Positions 27,401 through 42,100 of a DNA stretch of 64,000 nucleotides are shown piece by piece. A model generated the notes under the pieces. That model searched no databases. It was not told the origin of the DNA and worked only from the letters and a program-made list of their open reading frames with translations. Origin of the DNA: Eledone cirrhosa (lineage: Eukaryota); assembly GCA_964016885.1 (NCBI GenBank), contig OZ024740.1:177940001-178004000 (forward strand). Reading direction: 5' to 3'. Both the position numbers and the translations under genes were made by a program. The stretch's first letter is position 1; each line of letters opens with the position of its first letter.

Positions 27401-28296
27401 TCAGACAATTGTATAGAGACATAAGGGCAACAAGAAGTTGACCATCAAGCCCATACTCCTGTAGACTCTTCCACAGCAGGTCCCGTGGAACAAGGTCAAA
27501 TGCCTTTTCAAGGTCTACAAAGCAAGAATACACATCTTGGCAGTACTGCCACGATTTCACAAACACCTACTGCAGCATGAATATTTGGTCAGCTGTGCTG
27601 CATCCAGGGCGAAAACTACACTGTTCATCAGTTAGCTTGGACTCAACAATCTCCCTACATCTCTTTGCCAGACACTTAGCATAGACTTTACTGGGGAGGT
27701 TTAAGGAGGAGATCTCTCTATAATTGGAACAATCTCTCTTGTCACCATTTTTGAAAATTGGGATTATCACTCCTGATTGCCATTACTTAGATGCTTTTCC
27801 AGAGATCCAAGCCACCTAGCACACACAAGCCAGAGAATACCTTCTCTATTGTGGCGCCAGATGACAGGAAGACTTATTGGTTCAATCAAGAGGTCAAAGA
27901 TGCTATCCAAGCAAAGAAGAAACCTTGGCTTGGAAATAAGTCCTCCTTGTTGCCCATGTGGTACAAGCAGGTAAGAAGAATCGCAGCAGAGACAGTAAAG
28001 GCATCCAAAGTTAGGATGTGAGGACTTTAAAGTGTTCTGGCAGACCATCTGCCGACTTTGTAATAAGAAGTCTTCCTCCATACCTCCTATCAAAAATGGG
28101 GTTCTCCTCTCTTCAGAGAGGTGTATCCTAGCAAGGAGGAGAGAATACTTTGCTGATCTCCTAAAACTGCATCTCTAATATACACGAGGTGAATCTGGAA
28201 GCATTGACTAATCTCTCGGAGGCTGAAGTCACAAGAGCAATTAAAGAGCTCAAATGTGGCAAGGCCAATGGGGAGGATGAAATTAGGCCAGAGATG

Positions 28297-28357
<61 letters not shown>

Positions 28358-31300
28358 TGGTGATGATGATAATCCTGTTACTGAATTATTTATATTTTAT
28401 ACTTACACTATGCCAATTTCTGAGAATATTCTCTGTTAGATTGGTCATGTTAGCATAAATCTCTGCTGCGCGAGAACTGCTATCCAGAGTATTAGTTAGT
28501 GTACGGCGGTAATATTCTAATTCTGACATTCCCTGAATTAAGGAAATTGCAATAATAGATAAAAGATTATATAAAGAAATAATAATGGTTTCTGATTTAG
28601 GCACAAGAACAGCAAATTTCGGAAGAAGAGGAAAGTCAATTAACTTGGCCCCAGGGCATGACTAGTACTTCATTTTATTGACCCCATAAGGATGAAAGAC
28701 AAAGTTAACTTCGGCGGGATTTGAATTCAGAACATAAAAGGTTGTAACTCTATGCTGCAAAGCATGTTGTCCAACGCTCTACTGATACTGCCAATCCACT
28801 GCCCTAATGATAATAATAATTGTTTCTACTTTTGGCACAAGGCCAGCAATTATCCCAGTGCATTACTGGTACTTTATTTTATCGATCTCGTAAGGATGAA
28901 AGGCAAAGTTAACCTCGGGGGACTTCAGTATTCAATGCATTGGAATGATTAAGGCAAGAAGGCCAAACATTTTAATTGTGAACAAGAAGAAAACAGAGAC
29001 CCAAATTATCAATATATCTGTTCCAGGAGATCGTAGAGTGTAGGATAGAGAGCATGAACAGATGGAGAAGTATGAACAACTGAAGGAGGTGGTTGGAATG
29101 TTGTTGGGGGTGAAAAAGGTTTTAGTGATTCTAGTGGTGATTGAAGCAATGGAATCCATACTGGACAGTTTTGAGGACTGTGTAAATAGAATCGGAACTG
29201 ATACAAGGTTACAGATCATGCAGAAGATAGCACTTCTTAGTGAAGCAAGGATTTTAAGGAAATCCTTGTTTATGTAAGACACATTTGGAGTTCTTGAATT
29301 ATTTCCAGTTTTATCCTATTGTGCTCTTGAGTTTCATATTTATGGTTTCTTTTTCTTACATCTTTCTACTCATATTTCTTTTCATTTGTATTTTTGGCTT
29401 TGTTGTCCATTTGTGTCTTTTTGATTTTATTTGTTGCACTTGAGAGTTAAAGTCCAGCCCATCATTTAGAATGTTATCATTTCTGTTGGGTATCAGCCTT
29501 TTTACTTCTAAATTTGTAATTTTTGGATGCATCGGTCTTCATATAATTTCATACAATTTTAAGTTCAAAGAAACATCCGAACATCTATGTGATTCTTTTG
29601 CCTACATCTTTTGCTATTTTAGGATATGAACACTTGTAATACAATCAATAAATTTTATGTTACTTACATGCATTAGTATTCCTTTTTTGTTTGTTTTTGT
29701 TTATTGTTGTTTTAATCATTATTATTTGTGATTGTAAACTCTCTGCATTGTGTTGTGACTACTTTTCAACTAGTTGCATTTTTCATATGATAGGAACAAT
29801 CCAGACAAAATATATTTTTGGTAGGGTTCGTTGGTTCTTGTCTAACATATTCTTCATTGTTTTCCTTGATGATGTCTAATTTATTCCAAATCTTGCGGGG
29901 AGCTTCATTATAGCCATCCACGTTGTTATTCAGTCTAAGACTATTATTGTTTCTTCGCTCAGCTTCTAATGCTGGAGTTGTAATACAGTCTTAGCTGTTC
30001 ACTGTCAGTGAACTGAAGTAACACCTCTTATTTTTCAAATACCCTCTGAGTATTCGAGGTGTTCCAAACAATACTGTTTTTTGTAAGTGTTCCATCCATA
30101 TTGCAAATCTTATTCATTTAATGTACTTCTCAAGATCTTTACTCACTGTTCCTAAAACTCCAACTATTATTGGTATTACCACCACGTTTTTCAGTGCCCA
30201 TAACTGCTTAACCTCCCAAGCTAACCTGTTATATCTATCAATTTTCTTTTCCTTCTTTATTGTATACCTTGATATCTGCCAGACTGGCTATATCTATGAT
30301 CCAATACTGTTTGCTTTCTTCTCAATTAATACAACTAGCAGAAGAACTGCCTTCCATGTGGTTTTCTGCTAGCATATGTAGTGTGCATATTGGTATTATA
30401 CAGAAATATATATATAGATATGATATGTAAATTGTAAAGTAAATATCTTCTTTGCCCACTTATTTCTGAGTGTCGTGGGGGCAGAGTCCTCAAACACTCC
30501 TTCCAGCGAGTCTGTCAGAAGCAAACATCTCTAATTGATTCAGCTGGATCTCAAAGCACAACCAGCCAAGCTCATGGATGTAATCCAACTATCTTGCCCG
30601 AGGTCTACCTCCGGGTCTCTTGTCAGTTGGTTTTGCCTGTAAAATCTGTCCAGCAATTCTTTCCTGAGACATTCTAACCACATGCCTATAGTATCGAAGC
30701 TGTGATCTCTCAATCCATAGAAGTAGCAGCGCTACCTGGAATGATCTCCGAGCTATGCACTTTATCGACCAAAGACCCTTCGGAGGAACTCCATTTTGGC
30801 CGCTTGTATTTGCAATTGTATTCTTTCGGTCATTACCCAAGATTCATGACCCTAGGTAAGTGTTCACAGGAATACCAGGAAGACAGAGAGTTTGGCTTTT
30901 ATACCTACCTCCCTTTTGATTACTGAATGCCGAAGCTGGTGCATTACTGCATCAGCTTTTGCAATTCTTGGACTTAATTCTGCCTCCTGCTTTCCATCAC
31001 TTGTGAATACAGCCCCGAAATACTTCAACTTCCCTAATGCTTCCATGGAGCTCCATTCCCATGTATATAAATTTGAGCGCCTTCTGTCCATCCGTCCATC
31101 ACACAATATGTGTGTTTGTTTGTGTGAATGTGTGTGTAAAAGGAAAGAAGGGATACACACACACACACACACACATGCGTTCCTAATTTAAGAATGTTGA
31201 CAAACTCAGCGCACACATACACACACTGTTCTATTACCACCTAAGAGCTTTGGCCCAGGCAAACATCCCCTCAATTTTGGAACCGTCTGGGTTTTCCAGA

Positions 31301-33071
31301 ATTGATGGGAAAAGACCTGCCAGTTTTACCCTGTGCCCCTGGTCAAGAGGCAGGTGCCTTACCTGGGACACCGCAGTTAGTAACTCTTTTGTATCTTCCC
31401 ACACCCTGGATGCAGTGGAAGGGCGAGAGCTACTGCATCCGCAGCCAAATGGAATAAAATCCTAAAATCCCGCGATCTGTCTGCCAACTATTTTCCAGGC
31501 AGAGACATTTGGGAGAGTCGGGCTACTGACTGTGAGGTTCTTATCTTCACTGGTGGCTCACCTAACCGAGGTAATGGTGATGCTCATGAAGGTGCTTGAT
31601 TGTTCCAGTACCTCAGCCTCACCATCACCCAAGGTAACGCTGCGAGTGTGCTGGCTTGCCTCAAAAATTATTAGAGGTTTCCCAGTGTTTCTCGCGATAT
31701 TGTTATCTTTTGCTCTGGTAGCTGCTTGTTTGTCCACCCCTTTCGCTGTATGTGGTCCAAGATGTATGTATTACCTGCTTGCATGTTTTGTTCTCTTTCT
31801 TTTTTTCATTTCCCTTATTTTTGTGTTTGTTTTCATTCTGTAAGCATTATATTATACTTTTTATACAACTGTGAATAAACTAGTGTATAAACAAATGAGT
31901 TTAAAAAAAAAAGGGGGTTAAACTGTGTTGTTAAGAATGAATAAAAAGTTATACTTGACTTTACCCTCCCATTTCTACATTTATCCAATGCTGCTATCAT
32001 GCTGTTTGACTGTATGTGTATGTGTGTGTTTGTGTAAATGTATGTGCATATGTGTGTTTGTGTAAATCTATGTGTGTTTGTGTGAATGTATGTATGCATT
32101 GTGTGAAAGTGTGTATTTATGTGAATGTGTATTTTTGTAAGTGTGTCTGTGTTAGTGTGTCTGTGTTAGTGTGATTATACCGGAAGTTGAAATTCAAAAC
32201 TTTTAAAAGAAGTGAATCTTGAAATAAGCAATACATTAAATTATTTATATTTAAACATGTTACAAAATTTAGTCGATAAATTATATAATATTCATTCATT
32301 ATTTATTCAAAGTAATCCAACATATTTTACTAATGGGATAAAAAATATAAAATGGACACTGTCAGGGACTCCTCCCTTTATTATATTATAGATATCTGGT
32401 CTCCTATGTTCAATCTCATGGTCACACTGTATCACAAAGTCCCACAGGAGCTTTGCATTATCATTTTCGATAACACCCTCAGGGTTATGTTAGTACCACT
32501 TTTCTGCTTTGTTAAGTTCATATTTTCCCCAAAGTGTCCATTCTTGCTATGTTGTTGTGACACCTCATATTCTTTCTGAGCTAGTGGAGTAATTGACTGG
32601 TAATATGCCATACAGTTTCTCCATTCCTGCCAGAAATTCTACACTTATCATTTTCTGTTGTGTGGTCTACTCTATGCTTGATGTAGTTAATTGTTAGTGC
32701 TTGTTATTGAGCAGCACAGATTAAGGCTTCGGATTCCAGTTTTAGATCACTTTTAGCCATACATAACCAACTTTTATCATTATCTGCTGCCCCCCAGTAC
32801 ATTTGCTAAAAGCTGGATGAATGTGGCGAGAATGGCTCGTGTGAGTGAGCCTACTCGGACCACGCGCCTGTAGGCTGGTTAATTTGAGGAGGGAGGAGAT
32901 AGGTGCCCTCGAAGCGCTGGGTGGTTTATGATTGGTGGGGTACCTGAGTCGCCACTGGGTGGTTAAATTGGTTTTGTTATTGTGCATTTTTATTCAATCT
33001 TATTGTAAACCCAAACTGTCCATGTCTTTATATTGTTCCCTACATGTTGGCCCTTGTGGCCAATAAATAAA

Positions 33072-33104
<33 letters not shown>

Positions 33105-36100
33105 GGAGCATGGAACAAACACCTATCTGTTTTCCCTCAGTTTATGACAACCCAACTAATCCAAGCAAGTATAGAAAATAGACAAGCAGAAGTGATGATA
33201 ATACACACACAGAGACACATACACAACATGGCAACTGCTCCCCTTTAAACATACCATTTTGGCCAGCTGAAACAAAGCTCTTTCTTTAGCTGAATTGACT
33301 AATGGAATCCAAATAGTTTTCTCTAAAACTTCATCCACTTCACATTTCCAGTAAACTAGGGTCCCCATGGTAGTTGGAGTGGAAGGTTTCTTTTTCTTTC
33401 CAAAATAAGGTTTCGATTCTTCTGGAAAAAATAAAACAAACAAACAGAAAAAATATATATCAAAATAAGGTAAAAATAAATATATAAATAAGTAAAACAA
33501 AACCAAAACAATTAAGTTATTTTCATTTCTTTCCACCTTTCCCTCTGTTTTACTTGTGTGCTGACATTATTGATTCTCCTTGCCAGGTCTTGCTCATATA
33601 GGACTGATTTTGGCTTGGTTTCTACAGATGGATGCCCTTCCTAACACCAACCTCATTTACAGTGAGTACTGGGTGCTTTTTTACCGTGGCGCCTACATGT
33701 CCACTTTACAGTGTGGACAGGGTGCTTTTTTATCATGACACCTACATGACCACTTTATAGTGGGAGGGACGTGGGAGCATATTGTCTATATGCTTCAACT
33801 TCGGCTTGTACCCATGGGAACTTGGGTCTTCTGTATTACTGCATAATGCCAGAGGTCACAGTCCTGTGTCATCACCTTTGAGAGGTGCAATTGGGCAAGG
33901 TCAGTTTTTATCACCTCATTCCAGGCTTCCATTGATTTTTAGTACCTTTTTATGCAGCTGTCATCCTTCACACGCATCACATATCCATACCAACGCAATC
34001 TCCTCTCCTCCATACAACATTTGATTCCTCTTATGCTTAGTCTCTCTCTTAATTCATTTATGCTTTGCTGTTCATGTACATTACTATTTCACATCCATCG
34101 GAGCATGCAAACTTTGTTTCTTTCTAGTGTACGCTAGTCTTCTACACACAGCGGCCGGGTCTCACTACCATGTAACATTGCTGTTCGTATGCATGCATTA
34201 TACAGTCTGCCTGTCATTTGAGGGAAAGGCCTTTTGCAGCTAGCAGTGGTAGTAGCTCCCTGAACTTCTTCCATCCCATTCATACCCTGGTTACTGTACT
34301 TTCAGAATACCCTCCTCCGCTGTTACTTTGTCTCCTAGATAGCAGAAGCCGTCTACTGTTTCTACAGAGCCCTCCCAAAATTTGGTAGTTTTTGTTTCCT
34401 GCTTACTGTCCTGATACAAATGCTACATGTAAAGCCTACATTCTTAGCTAGACTTCCTGAGATCCCACTACATCTCTTGTGCACCTATAGTTTGCATTTG
34501 GAGCAAGGGATGGAATTCCTACCTACACCTTTCCTGCATACTGAGCAAGGCCATTTCCCTGAGGGGATCTGGGTTCTGTTTTCCCGTCTACTTACAAGGA
34601 CCTTAGTCTTTGTCAGGTTGACTCAGAGGCTCCTTCTTTCTAGTCCCTCCTTCCATGTTTGGAATTTCTTCTCTAGTTCCACCATAGATTCAGCTATAAG
34701 TGTAAGATCATCCGCGTACAGAAGTTTCCATGAGCACCCGTCCTAAACTCCTCTGTTATAGCCTGCAGTACTATAATAAATAGAAGAGGGCTAAGAACGG
34801 AACCCTGGTGGACACCAGCCTGTAGCATAAGGGAAATTATTTGATCTTTACTTGAAGTCATAAAAGGGCAGTTACTTTGGTGTGATTATCATATCTGTTG
34901 TATCAGTTCAATGTGAATTTTGGATCATATGGTGGTTGCCTAGGAGGAATTATTTCTGATGATAACAACTAAATAATAATTCTGATATCTGCTTGAGTGA
35001 TATTGTTGGCTCTTTTCATATCTGAAACGTTGCAGATAAACATAATCTAGTTTTGGATTCTATTGAAATATGGAGCATTTTTTATCAATGATATTAAATA
35101 ATAATAATGAAATTATTGTGTAAAGTGCTCAGGTGCACTACAACTCATCAAAGGAACATGTATAGTACATAGGAATAATATACAAATGTCAGGGAAATGA
35201 GTCATGATATACATGTGTGCATGCGTATGGAGGGGGAACATTAGGTGTAGTGTTGGCGAATATCAGGAAGCATGGAGGTGTTAAAGGATGCAGTGTCTCG
35301 ACAGCTAATAACGATGCAGGTAGTTTGTTCCATATTTCAGCAACTCTGAGCAGGAAAAAATGTTTCCAAAAGTCATGGGAGCTGTGCTGTTTTCTGACTT
35401 TGTTGGGATGCCCACGTGTATTAGACACATGGAAATCAAAAAGGTACTCAGGGTTGTTGTTGGCAAGATGGTTAATAATTTTGTGGGTGTTTACCAAGTC
35501 AGTTACCAGACGTCGGAGCTTCAATGTATCCATGCCCAGGGAAGCAAGGCGTTCAGAGTATGGTAGATGCCTGATGGAGGGTATTCACTTGGTTGCAGGT
35601 CTCTGAACAGTTTCCAAGCGGTCAATGTTCTGAGCAAGATAGGCGTTCCAGACTGGTGATGCAAATTCTAAGTGTGGCCGCACCATAGCTATATACAGCT
35701 TTAAATAGATAGCTGGAGAGCGGCTGACAAAGGTCTTGCTGAGTGATGCTAAGACACCCTCGGCCTTCTTGACAATTTTAGAGACGTGTTTCATCCAACG
35801 TAAATCGCTGCTGACAGTAATGCCCAGGTCACGTTCACAAGACTTCTTGATATTAGTGTTGTGGAGGGAGTATGTGGACGCTGGGTTTTTACTCCCAAAA
35901 TGCATGGTGGTACACTTGTCCACAGCCAGCTTGAATTGCCAGTTCGTGATCCATTGTTGCATTGTGTCCAGGTCAGACTGCAGGCAAGATCTATAGTGTT
36001 CAGGATCTGTCCTTTTTATCTCAAGGTACAGCTTGATGTCATCTGCATATTTCAGTACTGTGGCATTCTTTAAGTTGGCATCTATGTCATTAATATATGC

Positions 36101-39100
36101 CACAAACAAAAGCGGGCCAAGAACAGAGTCCTGTGGTACACTAGATGACATCTCATGTGGTGAGGAATGCTGTCCTAGAACCGTGACTACCTCTCTTCGA
36201 CTGAGAATGAAGGACTTCAACCAGTTAATAAGATCATCCTTCACACCCATTGCAGAGAGTTTTGCCATAAGTCTTTTGTATAACACAGAATTGAAAACTT
36301 TAGCAAAGTCAAGGTAAACAACATTCACCCATGAGCCGCCATCAGTGATCTGAGTGATGTCTTCACGAAACTCGATAAGTTGATCACAGCAGCTGGAGTT
36401 GGGGATAAATCAAAATTGCAAGGGCCGGATAAGACTGTGAGAGTTCCAGAAGTTCCAAAGTGTTTCTCTGACACAGTATTCCATTAGTTTGGCAATGCAT
36501 CTAGTAAGACTGACTGTATGATAGTTCACAGGTGAGGTGCAGTCACTCTTTTTGAACAGAAGAATGACACTGGCAGTTTTCCACTGTTCTGGAGTAACAC
36601 CGTTGTTCAAACAGTATTGGAAGAAGCGTGATAGCTGGTGCAGAAGGAAGTATCCCCCACATTTGAGAAGCAGGTACGTAACACCATCAAGACCAGGATA
36701 GGCATGGCTGCGTTTATTTTTAAGGTGCTGTCGCAGCATTGCAGGTGTAAATTCCATAGTTGTAATAGAATCCGATGTCAGAGGTGATGGAGACGGTATT
36801 CTCTAGTCTTCAACAGTGAAAATGCCTGCATAGCATTCAGCAATGAGTTCTGCGCATTCCTTGGGGTTGTCAGTAACCTGACTTGTGTGGGTATTGCGAA
36901 GAGGACCAACTGGAGAGTGAGGCCTCTGCTTTGAGTGAACATACTTCCAGAACACCTTACTGTCATGGTTGGTTGCTATGCGCAGCTCAAATTCAAGCAC
37001 TGCCTTTTTTGTCACCTGCTTGAGATGGTTGGATGATTTATTTCGCTTTTTCCTATTGATATCTGATTTATGCAGTTTGTACTCACGTTCAGCATTACAA
37101 CGTTCTTTCCTGGCAAGACAGACTGCTGCAGTCTCCCAAAGTGCACTGTTAGGATATTTTTTCTGCTTACATGGCACCGATGCTGCACATGCTGCACATG
37201 CTGTCCATATTTAGTTCAGGATGTTCTAGAGTACAGTGTTGACATCTCCAGAGTCGTAAAACTCAAGCCACTTTGGACATTGCAGCTCGGTGCAGTAACA
37301 GTTCCAGTCTGTTTTATTCCAGTCAAAGTGAGCAGTTAGGAGATGGTTGTGGTTTTTATTACTGCCCATGAGGGACAGATTGGCAATGATCAGAGTTACC
37401 TAAAGGTTCCTCAGTAGTAACACTAATAACCGTTTCAGGGGTAGTGCTGAAGAGTAGATTCAAAGTGTTGTCACCTCCTGTTGGGGAGGTGACCACTTGG
37501 GACCAGTTCGAGTCCAGCACTAGCTCAAGGAAATCATTTGCACTTTGCGGCCAATGAAAGGTTTCCCAGTCAATCTCAGGGTGATTGAAGTCCCCTGCAA
37601 TAAAAACATAAGTGGCTGTTTTCCTGAGGATATCACAAAGTTGAGTGTCCTGATGGTAATTTGGGGGACGGTAAACAACTCCAAGTAGCAGTGTTGACAT
37701 GGTCATATGTATATCACAGAAAAATACTTCTTGCGGCAATTGGTACAAATCAACACAAGGAATTGCTGAAAAATTTGACCGAATGTAGACCATTACACCA
37801 CCACCACGACGATTAATGTGGTCTTTACGAAACAAGTTGTAGCCAGTTATGCTGAAAACCCCATCACAGAGTAAGGAATGTGCCCATGTTTCCGTGACTG
37901 CAATGAAGTCAGGGTCAATACTTTTGACATAGGAGTCAAAAAGATGTATCTTATTGGATAGACTATGTGCATTTAAGGACAACAATTTGTACCTTGATTC
38001 CAGTCTATGATTATGTGCAGGGGATGGCAGATTGTTCTGATTTAATTTCCCAGAGTTTTTTCAGCTTTTTATTGTCAGTTGTTGTGGGTACAGTGTTTGC
38101 AGACCAGCTGGTATCTCTTTTCCATGTTTCACCAGGCTTAATAAACTTCCATATCTGCCCATCATCACGTAGGCTGAAGCTTTCATGTTTAGCCAAGTTG
38201 CGGTTTAAGGAAGCTGCAGCACACAGCTTTGGGCGGACATCAGGTGGAAGACCAGGGCATGTTCGGAAGGCAATCCAACTTTCGCGCCTAGCTTTATCAG
38301 AGGCCAAAAGATATGAACGGGCCTCAGTTGAGTTCGAAAAAGACAGTCTAATTAACCTCGGTTTCGGACCTGGTCAGCCAAGGCGTAGAGCTCCCTTCAG
38401 GGGAACACAGCCCAAGTCTTTGGATGAACTGGCGGCAAATGCCTGAAAACCAACTATGTCTTCTGGTACTCCAATGGCAATCACTTTGTGGTTTACAGAT
38501 TCAGTGGCATTCTCAATGAGTCTAGATTCAACAAGAGGTACGCAGAGATGTTTTAACAAGGCACTTCAGTACGATCTCTCATTGTGCGGTTCTACACGAA
38601 CGCTTGATTTGATTCCTGCTATTTCTCGGCTTAAAGCGGAAATCATTTGCCGTATTTCCGCAAACTCTCTATTGACAGTCGATTTTTGTTGTTGTTGTTC
38701 TTATTCAACAGGCATGGTAGGGGAAGACACAGTCGTCAGTTGTTATTGTTGTTGAAAAGTAACGGGGGAGGAAGACATGGGTTGCTGTTGTTGATGATGT
38801 CCTTCAACAGGAGTAGTAGCGGAAGCTACGGTCGTTGGTTTTTGTTGTTCAGGATCAATGGGAGAGGAAGACATGATCGTCGGTTTTTGTTGTTGTTCAA
38901 CAGCAATGGTAGAAGCAGACACACAAGCCAGGCACTGAAAGGACCAATTTGGTAGCCCATCCATCAGAGCCCATCCATCATAGAAGTATGATGTCTCTTT
39001 TTCTGAGCTGGGATCTTTCGAAAGTTTGTGGCACATTGAAGTCAAACAAAAAACACAACATTTGCCTCATTCGACCCATGTTATTAGGGCACATACTGAT

Positions 39101-42100
39101 CCATATCCCTGAGTTTCCAAATGAACTGGGATAAAGAAATAGAGTCTGCCCTGTTCCTCAACCTGAATAAATGGAGATGCTGGAAATATCAGCTTTTGAA
39201 TATATTAGTTCTGTATAATGCCTTTCAATAACATTCAAGGGTGTTTGGAGAAGCACAACCATCTAAGCAGGCAGTTTAAGGGATTTCTACAATTAAAAGT
39301 TGGCTGTTGGAGTGGAGGATGTCAAAATGTATATTTTGGTTGTGGTGTCTGATCTGGGATGCAATGTAATCCAGGCAAAAATGACCGAGCACAACAATAT
39401 TAGTGTGGAGATGTTTGTTGTATTTGTGTGCATGTGGAAAAAAATGTTATCATAGTAGCAATAAAAATTTCCTGGGTATAATGGAGGCTACATTTATGAT
39501 GAATAATGAATCAAAACAGGTTACATTTCTCATCCTAGTTCTGCTTTGGTGCATGCCTGTGTCTGGGGTTAGATCCTCATTTAGCCAATTCTTGCTAGCA
39601 CATTGTTATAACAGAGGGCAGGCCCATCAAAGATGTCCTTATCGAAAGATAAATTTATTTTGAATGCAAAATTCCTAATTATGACAAATTAAGTGTGATT
39701 TTTTAAAACAAATGTAGATGGTTTTCTTAATTAGCTTTCTGAAGTGGTGGTGTTTGCCACTGATTTAATTTTGTGTCATGTCTAGAAAGTTAGCTATCAT
39801 TAAGTTGGCTGCAATGGTTTTGTTTAAATAAAATCCCTTGAATATTCCTTTCTGAATCTATCCAGGACATGACATGGCTATTCATCTTTTATAAGATTAA
39901 TGAATCATACTCCTCTATAAATGAAGGATGGTACTTTTTTAAGGGTACCAAGGATGAACAATCTCATGATATCAGCTATGTCTTCTACATCATATGTACA
40001 TCTCTTCCCCAACACAGATATTCAAAAAAGGAAATCTCTTCTTTTTAGACTTAGTAGGATTCATCATAATATAAAAGCGACTTTCTAGCATGTGGATTGG
40101 CAGTATTGGTAGAGAGTCGGACACCATGCTTTGACGCATAGAGTTACGGCCCTTGTCATTCTGAGTTCAAATCCTGCCGAGGTTTACTTTGCCTTTCATC
40201 CTTACGAGGTCGATAAAATAAAGTACCAGTAATGCACTGGGTAATTTGCTGGCCTTGTGCCTAAAGTAGAAACAATTATTATCCTGGTATCTATGATGCA
40301 AATTATGTCAAATGTCCTCCCAAATCTCCCAAACACAGGTATAGGAGGTTTAGAGATAGAATAGTTAAACATGATGATGATGTATCAAATAAGATGAAAC
40401 ATCAGGGAGGTTTGCTTTGATACTGAAAAAAATGTATAATAATAGCAGTGTTGAAGTTTGATTTTTCTTACAGCACACCTAATTTTAAGTTCAATCACAT
40501 GGAGAATATGCTAGATAACTATTTGTCATTCATTTTGCAGATTAGCCTCCATTTGGAGCTGGAGAGGAAACTGATTTTATGATCCTTGTGTTATAAGGCT
40601 TTGTATATCAGAGCAATTCACACAGTCATCTGTCTTTATCACTATCTTTGCTTCTATATTTATGGTGTTATAGATGGTGGAAGCTGTTTTTATGTTTTAA
40701 TAATGTTATTTGATAAAAGTCTGAAGTGTGTTTAGTTCATCTATATTCTATGTATTACCTGCATGTATCAGGGTGTTGAGGAATGAATTGAATGGTTTCA
40801 TTCAATGTGATTTAGAGTTAGAATCTTACCTTTTCAAACAGGCTAATAAAAATATTTTCCAAATTTTCAATACCTCAATCACAGAAGGTTCAATACAAGT
40901 GTCATGTTTGTTCTTAAGCTTCATAGATAACTTGATCAAAACTTGGGGAAATGAGTTCTACCTCTGTGTTGATGACTATGTTGTTTGCAGCAGTAAGTTT
41001 GATGTGAACTTTGCTGATATGTTTACAATGAAACAGACAACAACACATAAACATTAACACACACACACATATATATACTCTCACACACACACACTGCCCA
41101 TTTTCTTACCTCTATCTGGAATGAAATTTTCCAATGAAGTTGGTATGGGTGTTTTGGAGATGGCTTTGATTTCATAGACAATATCACCAATAAGAATATT
41201 ACTGAAGGTGATGGTACAGTGGGCAATTCCCATGAAGAATGGTAAGAAAATAATCACAACGTTTCCTTTTCCAGATTCTTCTAGATAAATGGAAGGCTTT
41301 TGACAGTGGAAACTTTTAAATACCTTGTCTCGCTTCACTATTAAAATGAAATAAGAAATTGGAAATTATATATATATATATATATACGTGTGTGTGTGTG
41401 TGTATGTGTGTATCAGATCAATATTCAATATAATCAGAATAAAAGTAACATGATTCCTACCAGGACTGACTACTCGAGAATTTGGTGATGAAAGCATTGA
41501 TTTGCCTAAGCACATTCCTTTTAGAGATGATGATTCTACATTTTCTTCAGTCATAAACAGCCAAAATTCGCCACTGATACTGAATGGGTTATGCAGTTCC
41601 AGTGTTATGGTTTGAGTTTCATAGCAATTAGAGTCTATAGACAGAACATTCTGCAAATGGAGAAGATCAAATAGATGTTTAAAATCACATACAAAGACAG
41701 ACAATTAGACACACGTACAAATATATATATATATATATAATTAGCACAAGATTTACAAAATACCTACTGGGGTCAACATGATTGAATAAGTCAAGGTATT
41801 GTTTAAGTTTTTCCACAGTGTAATGATTGAAACCAATAAAAAAGTATATATGTATGTGTGTGTGTGTGTGTGTGTAAATATAAATACACACACTCAGTCA
41901 CATATGTATTGGAATTTGGGACACTATCTCCTCATCCTTCATCTCCCTTCTTTTCCCCTGATCTTTCATCATCACCATGTCATCCATGTTTAGATTGATG
42001 TGAGTGTATGTGAGTGCGTGTGAGAAAAAGTGTTTGATATATATGTCTAATGTTTGTGTGTTTCTTTTGTACTATGTGTCTGTGAGTTTGCTTTATACAA

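Noticed and set aside
33615-33765. CRISPR-like repeat-spacer periodicity
   Set aside because: Eukaryotic context with no cas genes; the units are LINE/SINE 3' UTR modules without unique spacers.
40830-41000. Possible extra CFAP47 exon ending at AAG|gtaag (40829)
   Set aside because: No clean frame, the flanking exons already join in phase, and the region resembles a decayed Penelope-like ORF.
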